From positions 1,182,643 through 1,246,642 of the forward strand of contig CBDFJL010000003.1 in NCBI GenBank assembly GCA_965248495.1: DNA of 64,000 nt. Reading direction: 5' to 3'. The notes under the pieces are model-generated. The model saw nothing but the letters and a program-made list of their open reading frames with translations, made no database searches and was not told the DNA's origin. The DNA comes from Dehalococcoidia bacterium. GTDB lineage: Bacteria > Chloroflexota > Dehalococcoidia > Lucifugimonadales > Australimonadaceae. Positions 46,167 through 56,728 of the stretch are shown piece by piece. Made by a program: the position numbers and the translations under genes. Numbering within the stretch: the stretch's first letter is position 1; each line of letters starts with the position of its first letter.

Positions 46167-46409
46167 GTGTCGACCGTATACCCGGCGGAGGCATTAGCGT
46201 ACGAGTTTCGGGACAAGGAGTTGAAGCCTGCCTACCTCGTGGACGCCGACGCCAACCGCGCCCTCTTGGACAAGCGCGTGGTCTGTAACCTTCTGGGCTT
46301 CGACGAGAACGTATACGTGGCTGTTCGCCACCTCGCGGCCAAGTGGTGCGCGGAGCCTTCCGTGCATGGCGGAAAGGCGCGCCCAAAGGCTGCTCAGCTT
46401 GTAATCTAA
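46167..46409 (+). CDS. hypothetical protein, 80 aa
   Basis: GTG-start ORF with ordinary composition; no motif. Confidence 0.35.
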   Translation: MSTVYPAEALAYEFRDKELKPAYLVDADANRALLDKRVVCNLLGFDENVYVAVRHLAAKWCAEPSVHGGKARPKAAQLVI

Positions 46410-46513
46410 CCTCGGCTCCATACTGCCGAACCGCGAAGGGACGCGCCGTCCCTCACACTGACACTGCCATGTGACTGCTGCGCACAGCGTCCTTCCCTTG
46501 TTACGCTGACCGT

Positions 46514-48287
46514 ATGGCTCTTATCGACCGACAACTGCTCGATTCCCTCAGCCGGATGCCGTTCATTGATTCGGCGGAGCTGGCAGGCATCCTGGGCGAG
46601 CCTCACGCCACGGTTCACCGAGCCCTGACCGGCCTGCTGGCCGACGGTATCGTAGGGAGGGTCAGCCACGGCACCGCTCACCTGCCGTCGAGCCAGAGGT
46701 ACTACCTGACGGCTAAAGGTATCGGCGAGGCTGCCCGTATCCTTGGCTTTGCGACGCCCTCGGACTTCATGCGCGCCTTCCTATGTCCAGGGAGTGGCTG
46801 ACGCTGCTCATCCGCAGGATGGACGCGGTGGCCGCCATCTACCGCCTCGCCTCCTCGATGTCGCCCGGCACAGGCGAACGCAGGTCTTACGTGGAGTTCC
46901 ACCGCAGGGGCCGCTTCGATGCCACGGTCACGCTCCACGACGGCCGCAGCTTCGGCGTGGTCCGCCAGGGCCTGGCCTGCGTCGCCGGTCACTCTACGAC
47001 CGGCTGAAGGCCATAGCGGAGTACGACTACACCCGCCGTCCTGACACCGTCCTGATCCTGGTGCCCAGCGTTTGGGAGGGAAGGCTGACGACGAGGTTCT
47101 GCGAGGACCGGAATCTCCGTGACTGCTACGTTGGCGTGGAGTCCGGAGACGCACTGGAACGGCGGGACCTTCGCCTCTGGCGCTGCACCTCGTGGGTGAT
47201 CGGCAGCCAGTTCTTCTCAATGGAGGCCCTGGTTTCCCGCGGCAGCCCCGGCGGAAGGCCGCGCACCGAGTCGCCGGAGCGCAAACGCGCCTCCATACCC
47301 CGCCCTGAGCGGATGGTGGAGGCTGCGTCGGCCTTCGGCATCACACCCTCGGAGAAGCGGACACTCGACCTCATCACCGACCACCCGATGATCCCCCGTG
47401 AGCACCTGGCGACCTGGCTCGGCGTCTCCGAGGGACGAGTCAGCCAGATGATGCACAACCTCGTGAAAACCTGGGGCCTCATCGAGCGTCACGGCAAACG
47501 AGGCGACGTTCGCTACACCCTGTCCGCCGAGGGTATTCGCTACATTACGCACCGGGACCGCGCCGAGCTTCCCACCACGCGGGGCATCTGGAGCACGGCC
47601 CTCACCACCGACAAACAGGGCCGGAGACGACACGTGGGCCACCGCATCGAGACGTGGGCGCGGCAGACGAAGCACGCCGACGGCATCACCTGGTTCCTGT
47701 CACAGCTGATGGCAGAGACCCGGGAAGATGCATCGAGCGAACTCCAGTGGTCCGTTCCCACCGCCAGGTCCGACCGAGCCTACAACTGGGGGGAGTCGGC
47801 CATCGCCCCCGACGCCGTGGGGCATCTGCTTACCGGCGGCCTTCACGTGCCGTTCTATCTTGAGCATGAGCTGCGTGCCCGTCACCCCAGGGGAGTCCTT
47901 GCCCGCCTGGACCCCTATGAGAGCTACTACTGGTCGCCCGAGCATAAGGAAGACCAGCCCCCATTCCCCACCACGCTGTTCGTCGTGGACACCGAGGATG
48001 TCGAGGCTACCTACGTGCGCACCGCCGCCCGGATGAGCCGGATGTCCCTGCCCGTCCTCGTTTCGTGCATCCCCGCTCTGTCCAAGACAGGGATACTGGG
48101 ACGGTCCTGGCACCCGCTCTGGAAACCGGAATCCCCACGACTGGCGCTGTCCGAACTGAGCGCTTACCAATGGGACTCCCTCTACCACCGGATGCGTCCT
48201 GTAGGGGGTGACACGCAGATAGCGATGCATCAGCGCTATCTGCCCTCCCTGCTGGTTGGGGGCTGCAAAGTTGCGTCGGCGGGGTGA
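46514..48287 (+). pseudogene. replication-relaxation-like winged-HTH protein, disrupted by two frameshifts
   Basis: Homology continues through three frames: 46514-46801, 46783-47007, about 46985-48287. Confidence 0.6.
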
Positions 48288-48529
48288 TTTTCAGGGTCCG
48301 CCGACGTTCAATTCACCCCTGTTTTAGCTACGAAATGGGATTGACGCATCGTATGACGTATCAAGGCCCAAAATGGGACGCCATGCTAAAATATGGGGCG
48401 GGTCCGAAGACACCTTGATTGCACGTTTGCACCCCTGACGTGTCAGCCTAAAGGGAGGAAGCAGCGATGGACGGGCCTGTCCGCGGGACCTTCACGACCT
48501 GCGATTGATGGCGCTGCTGCATGAGCTGG

Positions 48530-48946
48530 TGCCGACTCCACCGAATACGAACGGATAGTGGGTGAGTACCGGGTCATGGACATCTATCCCAGGGGCATGT
48601 GATGGAGTTCGTGCAGCCTGTGTTGACCCCAGACGTGCTGCCCGCCGCTGCGGTGGAGGGGCCGGGGGATGGAGAGAGGGTCCTGGTGGCAGGATGGCCC
48701 GTGGCGCGTCAGCATCCCAGGGGTCAGGACGGGACGGTGTTCGTGACCATCGGGGACGAGACGGGGGATGTGCAGCTCATCCTCTGGCCAAGGGTGTTCG
48801 CCCGGTGCCGCAGGGTGCTGGGAAACCAGGTGATTCTGGCCAAGGGCAGAGTCTCCCGGTGGGACGGCGCCGCCAACGTGATTGTGTCGGGCATGGAGCG
48901 CGTAGGGGCGAGGGTCTCGATGCCCGCCGCCTACGACTGGCACTAG
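48530..48946 (+). pseudogene. C-terminal remnant of a DnaE2/Pol III alpha-type polymerase (OB-fold end)
   Basis: EYERIVGEYRVMDIYPRG then, after a 1-nt frameshift, VMEFV...VLVAGWPVARQHPRG..GTVFVTIGDETGDVQLILWPRVF. Confidence 0.55.
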
Positions 48947-49432
48947 ACAGGAAGGGAATTGGGGAAGTGCAACCGAGGTCTATACGTGACGGAGATGCCG
49001 CCAAGATGGAATAATTGAGAGGAAGGATGATTGATCGGTAAGAAGAAATATGCGGCGATATCAGCAGCGCCGAGCGTCGAAGGTTGACTGTCGAAGTGGA
49101 TGGAGCACCAGGCGGCGTGGAACTGGCCTTCTGGTGGGAGCCGGAACCGGTGGTTCTGGCCCACATCATGCGAGACGGTGACTCGATCCTGGCTACGTCG
49201 ATCGACATCACACATGGACGGCTGCTCAGCGTACTCAAGACGATGGTAGTGCTCCAAAGGGACCCTGAAACCCTAGCGGGACACCAGCAGGAATATGAGC
49301 AGTTCTACAGATGCAGGACAAGCCCCCAGCGCGGCACACCGTCCTAGAACAATTCGAAGCGTATTGAGGTTCAGCTTGGCTCTGTAGGCCCTACTGGACA
49401 GTTTCCGTCAGTACCAGGACTCGATTGGCAAT

Positions 49433-50245
49433 ATGAGGATGAAGTACATCCGACAATCATGGATTCGCAGATTAATCTCGCACTGGACGTTGCGGAGGTA
49501 CCGAGGCCACATGTCCAGCATGTCCATGCTCTCCACTGGAGGCGGCATTCCCATCCGTCAGACGAAGCTGGCACCCGATGGTGTGGAGTTCTCCGAGGAT
49601 GTGTCCGAGGCCAGGTGGGTGGAGGAGCGCCTCTCAGCTTTCGGGACGCTGCGTTCCTTGCTGCCCGAAGGGTTTGCGGCGTACGCCCGGATATTTCACC
49701 CTGCCTACCTGAATAGAGATGAGGAGAGGCCGGTACGGTGGTCTACGGTCGTGGACGGGACGTACTGTCCATCCGTTGATGCAGTTCGAACGTATCGCAG
49801 GTCTGAGTGAGGACCCTCATAACATGTACAAGAACCCGCCGTGGGGTTCTCTTCCGAAGCGCGGGTCCATCCCGGAACGGGAATGCCGTACCCTGGTCGA
49901 GGTGCTCAGGAGCCTTACCTCGACTCCTGACAGTTGCCTCTTCTGCCTATGGGAAGGCTATGGAAACATCGACACTCGCCTCTACAAGGCTAGTTCTCGG
50001 GTGAGAGCTCCGAGACGAGACTACCTGCTATTCCGTGGTCCTATCGATGCAATCATGGCTTTCCTTGCCGGAGATGGCCCTTTCTGGGGGCACTCACCAA
50101 ACATCTGGTGGCCGGAGGACAGGACCTGGTGCGTAGCAACCGACATTGACCTGTACGACACCTATGTTGGTGGGAGCTTAGAGTGCATCGAGGCGATCAT
50201 GAGCAACCCAGACCTGGAGGCGCTGCCTACAACCCTAGACGCCCG
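49433..50245 (+). pseudogene. frameshifted paralog of 42826..43770
   Basis: Homology runs in ORF 49433..49810, then switches frame near 49745 into ORF 49719..51137. Confidence 0.6.
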
Positions 50246-50354
50246 GGCTGGACCTATTTGGAGACACTATCAATGCGCCCGATATGGCCGGAGGCGGAGG
50301 CCAGTGAGGGTGTGCGTTCGATTTTCGCTAACAGGGTACGCTGTTGATACTCGA

Positions 50355-51137
50355 ATGTGCATAGCATACATCGCTATGGCCTGCCTGCTGGTCGGACTGA
50401 TGTCGGCATGTGTTTCACTCCAAACCCCTAGCCCTACCATAACGCCTCCTCCGATAGCAACGGTCACACCGACGCCTGTAGGATTCATAGACCCGAATAC
50501 AGCGCCAGCCACCTACCGCAACGCGGCCACTACCCCCGCACGCCATCTCGCCGAGAGCTACGACGAAGGTGGAGTGGAGCGCGCATATTTCCTTGACCGG
50601 TATGTCATCGTGACCGGCACCGCTGTTCACGCGGACGCCTTAAAGGATCGCGGGCGGCAGGTAGTAGTGTTGGAAGGCACTTCGGGGACTAGAGTCTTGT
50701 GTGAGCGACCACGAGGTTTCATGCCTCGTGAGCTTTCGGAACCCCTGCCTTCAGGTGGACTGCCCGTGCTTGTGGCAGGTCGGGTAAGCGAGTCGCGATC
50801 CGGAGAGGATGTTGTGATTGTCGATTGCGCTGTGCTCAAGACAGGCAGGGAGGTGGTGCCCCGAAGTATTGCCAAGATTCCTGCCATAACCAATGTCTTC
50901 CAGGGCTGGGGTTTGTTCTGGGCTTGGGTGTTGTTCGCAGGCCTCGGCTATCTGCTGGCCCTCCGGCGTTGGCGCGTGACATCGCCATGGCTGTTGACAG
51001 TTTTCGTCCTCTCCCACACTGGCGGGATGTCGGCCCTGTATGCGTTCCTCGGCAGCCTCGTGTTGCCGTACTATGAAGCGTCCGGCGCCGGTTCTCTGGC
51101 GGTCTGGCCGTTGATCCTGGCCCTCAACCCCATGTGA
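50355..51137 (+). CDS. putative lipoprotein/membrane protein with OB-fold-like domain and C-terminal TM helices
   Basis: Internal ATG; MCIAYIAMACLLVGLMSAC signal/lipobox-like; YVIVTGTAVH...VLVAGRVSE; three to four hydrophobic helices at the end. Confidence 0.45.
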   Translation: MCIAYIAMACLLVGLMSACVSLQTPSPTITPPPIATVTPTPVGFIDPNTAPATYRNAATTPARHLAESYDEGGVERAYFLDRYVIVTGTAVHADALKDRGRQVVVLEGTSGTRVLCERPRGFMPRELSEPLPSGGLPVLVAGRVSESRSGEDVVIVDCAVLKTGREVVPRSIAKIPAITNVFQGWGLFWAWVLFAGLGYLLALRRWRVTSPWLLTVFVLSHTGGMSALYAFLGSLVLPYYEASGAGSLAVWPLILALNPM

Positions 51138-51639
51138 GGGGCCCTCATGCCGGCAGCGACTGGAGACCGTCGGCAATCGGACGTGGCCACTGTGGGGGAA
51201 GAGCGAATCTGGGCTAGTTGCCGCACAACCTTCACCCCTTTCCTCTTGACGATTCCCTGAGGGTTGGACCTTCACGCCTGCCTGTTCAGGTCCTTATCCG
51301 GGATACGGAAGGCCTCGTTGATGCTGTAATCCTCCATCCGTGGGACTGGAGCCTCCTTCTGCTTCAGCAGGGCTGGACGATGAAGTCCATCATCTAGAGG
51401 AAGTAATCCCCTGGAGGCCGTCACGGCCGTCCCCGGAGACCTTCCGCCACGGAGGAGATTTCCACCGGGCATAGACGGAGACATGGCAATGGGCGCAGGT
51501 GCCCATCCTTTTCACTATGGTCCTCCTATCACAAAACCGGCTTCAAAACAATGGCTTGCGGGCCATTACCTCCAACATTCCCGACCTTCACAATGGACAG
51601 TTGGGCAATTGCCTACGAGGGCAATGCGCGAATACGGCG

Positions 51640-51727
51640 CAACGCGGAACGAGGACCCGAATATACCCATCTCAGAACGACAGATGCTCGACTCCCTCAG
51701 CCGAATGTCGTTCGTCGATATGATGGC
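51640..51727 (+). pseudogene. 5-prime stub of a second replication-relaxation-like gene, cut by IS21
   Basis: SERQMLDSLSRMSFVD matches IDRQLLDSLSRMPFID of 46514; homology stops at the IS21 end. Confidence 0.5.
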
Positions 51728-51830
51728 TGTCAAGGGCGGTGTGAAAACGTACCAGCGGGGCGGAGCAAAACTGTACCACTGAACGCCGTAGAATGGGCAT
51801 CAAGGTTCGTGGGGCGTTGGAGATCAGGCT

Positions 51831-52598
51831 CAGTCAGATAGCTGGCGGCCAGAAGTCTTCTTGCTGTGCTTGAGTCGGTAGCTGTCCCCGTTCATCTCCA
51901 GGATGTCGACATGGTGGGTGAGGCGGTCGAGGAGAGCTCCGGTCAGCCGTTCAGAGCCGAACACCTCGGTCCACTCGACGAAGGGCAGGTTGGAGGTCAC
52001 CAGGACCGATCCACGCTCGTAACGCTTGGCTGAACACCTCGAAGAGGAGCTCGGCGCCAGTCTTGGACAAGGGCACGAAGCCCAGTTCGTCGATGATCAG
52101 AAGCTTGAGTCGTGCGAGCCTTCTCTGCAGGTTGAGCAGACGCCGTTCGTCCCTGGCCTCGATCAGCTCGTGAACCAGAGCAGCGGCGGTGGTGAAGCCC
52201 ACGGACAGTCCCCTCTGACACGCAGCCAGACCGAGACCGAGGGCGATATGGGTCTTTCCGGTGCCACTGTTGCCGAGAGCGATGACGTTGTGGCGGCGCT
52301 CGATGTACTCGCATCGTGCCATCTCCAGAACCAGAGCCTTGTTCAGGGACGGCATAGACAGGAAGTCGAAGGTGTCGAGGCTCTTGGTCGTCGGGAAGCG
52401 GGCTGCTTTGATCCGACGTTCCACCATGCGATGGTGACGGTCGATCAGCTCCAACTCCGATAGTCGCAGCAGGTAGTCCGGATGGTCAGCTCCCTCACTG
52501 GCACACTGGGATGCCAGCTTGTCGTACTCCCTCAGGAACGTGGGGAGCTTGAGTTGCTTGAGGTTGTGTTCGAGCAACATCGTGGACTTGTTGGTCAT
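51831..52598 (-). pseudogene. istB: IS21 helper ATPase IstB, 1-nt frameshift
   Basis: Walker A GNSGTGKTH and Walker B LLIIDELG are intact; the frame breaks after EVFSQ (near 52025); the RYERGSVLVTSNLPF tail continues in another frame. Confidence 0.75.
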
Positions 52599-54091
52599 GA
52601 CCGGCTCCCCGCCAGGAGAGCCATGTAGTCCCTGGTCGAGGTTGTTGCAACGTTGGTCCTGGGCAGATACGGGTACAACTCCATGTCGAGTCTAGGCGGT
52701 CGACCCTCGATCCTGCACAGCACCAGGTGCTTGACAGCATCGAAGCTCACAGCCCCGAGTCGAATGGCGTCGTGGACTTCTTCCGGCTGGAAGTTCTCCA
52801 TCAGTCTGAGCACCTGCACGAACTCCCTCTTTCCTCGCTTGCCCATCCGAGACTCCAGCAACCGCCGCAACACTCCGAACTCCTCGGGCAACTCCCATCC
52901 AACCAGCGGCGCCGCCTGATCCAATGCCCTCGTCTTCTTCTCAAGGAGCGGCAGGTAATGGAGAGGGTCGAAGACGAAGTCGTCTCGATCGTAGGACCGC
53001 CGATGGCGGGCGATGACTTCAGCGCCACAGCTGATCACAACCTCGTGTACATATCCGCGGATCAGAACGTCCCGATGACCGTAGGCCACCGGGACCGAAT
53101 AGTCATTGGTCCGGTATCTGACCAGGGACAGAGAACTGACCCTCGTCGCGTGCTTGTCGCTGGCGTCGTACGGTACGGCCGGCAGAGGCAGCAACTTCTC
53201 CAGGTCCCGCTCCAGCCGTTCTCCTATCGTCTCGTTGTGGCCGCGGAGTCGATCTTCGAACCGTTTGAGGCAGTGTTGCTCCAGATGAGCATTGAGGGCA
53301 TCGAAGCTCTCGAACGATGGAATGGGCACCAGGAAGTTCCGGCGGACATAGCCGACCAAACCTTCTACTTTGCCCTTATCGTTCCCTTTGCCTGGACGGC
53401 CAAACCGGTCCTCGAACAGGTAGTGGGACTGAAGCTCGGAGAACACCCTGGTCCGCTGCCGGCGACCATCTCCCAGGATTCTGGCTACCGCGAGCGTGGT
53501 GTTGTCGTAGAGGATGCTCTGAGGCACTCCGCCCAGGAACGCGAAGGCGGAGACGTGTCCGTCGCAGAATGACTCCGTCGTCTCGGCGGGATACGCCTTC
53601 ACATAGCACCCGTCGCTGTGAGGGAGGTCCAGGGCGAAGTAGTGGGCTTTGCGTTCCACTCCGCCGATGATCACTCGAGCTTCGCCGTAGTCGCACTGGG
53701 CATGTCCCGGAGGGTGGGACAGAGGTAAGAACATCTCGCGGGTATGACGACGGCGTTCTCGAACGTAGTCTTTGAGTATCGTGTACTTGCCGGGGAAGCC
53801 GTGTTCGTCTCTGAGCCGTTCGTAGATACGCTTGGCGGTGTGACGCTGCTTCTTCGGTGAGGTCAGATCCTGCTCCAGGATCTGGTCCATCACACCCTTA
53901 TATGGATCGAGCTTCGCTCTGCGAGCCGGTCGTTGCCGTCGATACCCTGGGGGCACGGAGTACTCGAGCATCTTGCGCACCGTGTCCCGGTGTAGCCCGA
54001 ACACTCGGGCCGCCTCTCGGACGCTCATCCCTTCGACGAAACAAGCCTTGCGAACACGGAGGTAAATACCCACCTTGTACATCCAACCCAC
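52595..54091 (-). CDS. istA: IS21 transposase IstA
   Basis: 498 aa; N-terminal HTH (MSVREAARVFGLHRDTVRKML), DDE core, typical IstA layout; ATGA overlap with istB. Confidence 0.85.
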   Translation of the reverse strand: MGWMYKVGIYLRVRKACFVEGMSVREAARVFGLHRDTVRKMLEYSVPPGYRRQRPARRAKLDPYKGVMDQILEQDLTSPKKQRHTAKRIYERLRDEHGFPGKYTILKDYVRERRRHTREMFLPLSHPPGHAQCDYGEARVIIGGVERKAHYFALDLPHSDGCYVKAYPAETTESFCDGHVSAFAFLGGVPQSILYDNTTLAVARILGDGRRQRTRVFSELQSHYLFEDRFGRPGKGNDKGKVEGLVGYVRRNFLVPIPSFESFDALNAHLEQHCLKRFEDRLRGHNETIGERLERDLEKLLPLPAVPYDASDKHATRVSSLSLVRYRTNDYSVPVAYGHRDVLIRGYVHEVVISCGAEVIARHRRSYDRDDFVFDPLHYLPLLEKKTRALDQAAPLVGWELPEEFGVLRRLLESRMGKRGKREFVQVLRLMENFQPEEVHDAIRLGAVSFDAVKHLVLCRIEGRPPRLDMELYPYLPRTNVATTSTRDYMALLAGSRS

Positions 54092-54339
54092 CTTCAGTCA
54101 GGTTCGGTCGTTCCTGATTGAAGGCGACAGGCGGTACGCTTTTCAAGCGCCACATCTCAGCTCTTGAGCCGCCCTGGCGGTACATTATCTCTCCGCCATT
54201 CACATGCGCCCTTTTTTTGTTAGTCGAGTCCACTGATCTGGGTAGAAGGCAGGGTCTTGGTCTGTGGAAGTGCAGGTATTCCACCACGCACTCTTCCCTT
54301 TCGTTGTCGGCTCAGGACAAAACGGTTTCGTGGAGCCGG

Positions 54340-55602
54340 TTATCGAGATGCGGGGGTATCTGGTGTCGATAGAATGATGATGTTTGGAAATAGTAGGTCG
54401 GTGGGGTTCTTCTTGACCCGGGAGCCAACCGCCTCAGCGACATCAATCTTTAGTTGTGCCGGAGTTGTGCCCCGCGCGAACTGAGGTTCTTTCAATTCAG
54501 CACCATACCCCGTAACCGTTGATCCATCGGTATTGAGCATGGCCCATGGGCCTAACACCCCATAGCTCCCATCGTAACGATGGCGGGTTAGGAATAGAAC
54601 AAAGAACTCACCTGCCTGTGGGAGCCGAATCCTTCGTTGGGAATTTGCCCCATCTCCTCCATGGCCCTTGAGCTTCAACACCGGACTATCGGATACAAAT
54701 CCGTCATCGAGCATAGTGTCGCTGATTCTGATTTCGAAGTAGGAATAAGGGTATTGGCGCACAGGCGAAACATCATCTCGGCTGTCGGTGTCTTCGGAGT
54801 AGCCGAATGGGCCTTCGATGGTCTGCTTCTGCAATCCCACTATCTCCCCGACAACGATAGCCTCGGAAATATCGACGAGGTCTTGCACCGTTGTAGGTGA
54901 AGGAATCCATAGCCCCACGGATTCCTTTGTACTTACTGTCGTCAGCTGGTGGTCATCGTCGCTGGCTACGACCAGATGTACCAGTACTTCGTCCAGACTG
55001 TACTCTGCTACCTCGAAGAGCTCAGGTATGCGCGGTACTACCAAGTCACCATCCAGGCAATCAAACACACCATTGTCCAGGCTCACGGTCACGTAGAAAT
55101 GATCATAGGCTGTGATGCCCGGTGCATCTTCCGTCGTCTGCTCCCGGAGAAACAGGAGAACCTGTTGGCCGCTTCTTACGGCTGTTGCTTCTTCACCCAT
55201 AGATACCTGATCCACGTCTGGGGCTGACACAATGACCGTAGCCTCTGCCTTACCACGTAGCGTCTCAGTCACTCCAACCTCGTAGAACACGGGGGGAAAC
55301 CCTTGACCCTCCCTTTCGTCGGGGTCTGCGGTTCCGTAGTCAACCTCGCGAGCTGCGACGCCTTCGACGGTTCCCAGTATCACTAAGTCGGAGGCGGCCG
55401 AAAGCTCCTCGATGGAAGAGTAGACCTCCATATCCGGCGAGATGCCTCCAGTAGAAACAGTCCAAGGAGTTGGCTCAGCGGCAGACACCGTAGCGACCGG
55501 AGCGGTGGTCGGGCTTGGCGTGGCCTGCACACACGCGATGGTCGCCAGCGCCAAAAGACTCAATGCCGAGATTGCAATCCAGCTTCTCATAATCACTATC
55601 AT
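54340..55602 (-). CDS. secreted protein or lipoprotein with two copies of an uncharacterized beta-domain
   Basis: ORF 54340..55734; start set to MIVIMRSWIAISALSLLALATIAC; two internal repeats related to the C-terminus of 38062..39036. Confidence 0.55.
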   Translation of the reverse strand: MIVIMRSWIAISALSLLALATIACVQATPSPTTAPVATVSAAEPTPWTVSTGGISPDMEVYSSIEELSAASDLVILGTVEGVAAREVDYGTADPDEREGQGFPPVFYEVGVTETLRGKAEATVIVSAPDVDQVSMGEEATAVRSGQQVLLFLREQTTEDAPGITAYDHFYVTVSLDNGVFDCLDGDLVVPRIPELFEVAEYSLDEVLVHLVVASDDDHQLTTVSTKESVGLWIPSPTTVQDLVDISEAIVVGEIVGLQKQTIEGPFGYSEDTDSRDDVSPVRQYPYSYFEIRISDTMLDDGFVSDSPVLKLKGHGGDGANSQRRIRLPQAGEFFVLFLTRHRYDGSYGVLGPWAMLNTDGSTVTGYGAELKEPQFARGTTPAQLKIDVAEAVGSRVKKNPTDLLFPNIIILSTPDTPASR

Positions 55603-55821
55603 CTTTTTCTTGCTGTCAGTAGCTAAGACGTAATGTCCGTCGCTTTTGTTCCGATCTCTTCTAGTAGTGTTCGTGAACTCCTGAAGTATCGCCACTAGAC
55701 GGCAGCCAGCCAGACTTGCTGTGGGTTCATCCAAGTCCAGGGGAATCCACCGTGGTCAAGTCCAAGTCGTAACTTATAGCCTTCTATTATAAAGAATACG
55801 CCTCTGCCGCTAAAAACGTTC

Positions 55822-56145
55822 TCAGGAAACGCCAGATTCCCATCTTACGCGACTTGCATGTCCGTCCTTTCTCTTGGGTTGTTTACCGGGTACTTTCAAT
55901 CCCTCAATCCTCCATATACGTTCCACTCTCTTGTGGTTCACCCTCCACCCTTCGCTCTTCAATAGGGCTGTCACCCTACGATAACCGTACCTACCATACC
56001 TAGTGGCCAACTCCACTACCCTACTGACCAGCGCATCTTTATCTAGATCCCTGCCCTGAGAGTACCTCTGGGTTGCTCTGGGCTGGGTGATCACCTGGCA
56101 CGCCCGCCTCTGAGACACTCCCAACTGCTCACATACTCTCTCCAC
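55822..56145 (-). pseudogene. IS3-family OrfB, N-terminal fragment (no DDE core)
   Basis: RYGYRRVTALLKSEGWRVNHKRVERIWRIEGLKVP, then loss of homology. Confidence 0.7.
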
Positions 56146-56168
56146 CAGCTTCCGTCTCCTAGGCGGGC

Positions 56169-56447
56169 TCAGGAGTTTCCCCGAAGTGTCTCCTTAAGGA
56201 TGTCCTTGTCCAAGCTCAGGTCTGCCACCAGCCTCTTCAGCCGAACGTTCTCCCTCTCAAACTCCCTGAGCCTCTTGGCCTGCTCTACACCCATGCCGCC
56301 ATACTCCCTCCTCCATACATAATAAGTGTGATCAGACACTCCTATCCTCCTGACAGCCTCCCTTACGGCGTGCCCTTGCTGCACCAGCACGTCCACCTCC
56401 CGCAGCTTCGCTATGATCTGCTCCGGCGTATATCCCTTCCTCGGCAT
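56169..56447 (-). CDS. IS3-family transposase OrfA (HTH)
   Basis: MPRKGYTPEQIIAKLREVDVL...YYVWRREYGGM...LKRLVADLSLDKDILKE is canonical OrfA. Confidence 0.85.
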   Translation of the reverse strand: MPRKGYTPEQIIAKLREVDVLVQQGHAVREAVRRIGVSDHTYYVWRREYGGMGVEQAKRLREFERENVRLKRLVADLSLDKDILKETLRGNS

Positions 56448-56728
56448 CCGTCCCCCCTTTCTACATATCCAGTGTGCGAGTTTAATCTCTGGACTAGTTT
56501 TCGGGGGTCAAGTCAATCTCGTCTCACCTTATCGGAGCCATGCAGTACACGTCGGCCCACTTTAAGATGAGATGAGGTACCATAGACTGACTTTCCATAG
56601 AACTCAAAGGGTTGTACTTTCAGCAGATAATTGTGTGGCGTGAGTCGTATTGCGTTTTTGGTTTGACGCCAGTTCGGCGGTATGCACCCCTTACGTACGA
56701 GACGTACGAGTTATAAGGCACAACCGTG

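Larger units (their letters stand above)
51728..54204 (-). mobile_element. IS21-family insertion sequence (2,477 bp)
   Basis: Terminal inverted repeats TGTCAAGGGCGGTGTGAAAACGTACCAGC (left) and TGTGAATGGCGGAGAGATAATGTACCGCC (right, reverse complement); istA-istB inside. Confidence 0.8.
55822..56510 (-). mobile_element. IS3-family element, 5-prime part only
   Basis: Left inverted repeat TGACCCCCGAAAACTAGTCCAGAG (reverse complement ending at 56510), orfA, and only the N-terminal HTH part of orfB. Confidence 0.75.

Noticed and set aside
49719-51137. 472-aa ORF taken as one protein
   Set aside because: The N-terminal part is the out-of-frame continuation of the frameshifted paralog. The C-terminal 260 aa start with their own signal-peptide-like sequence at 50355 and look like a separate gene.
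51272-51484. 70-aa minus-strand ORF between the lipoprotein-like gene and the IS21-truncated stub
   Set aside because: No motif, no RBS and odd composition. It lies in a region of gene debris.
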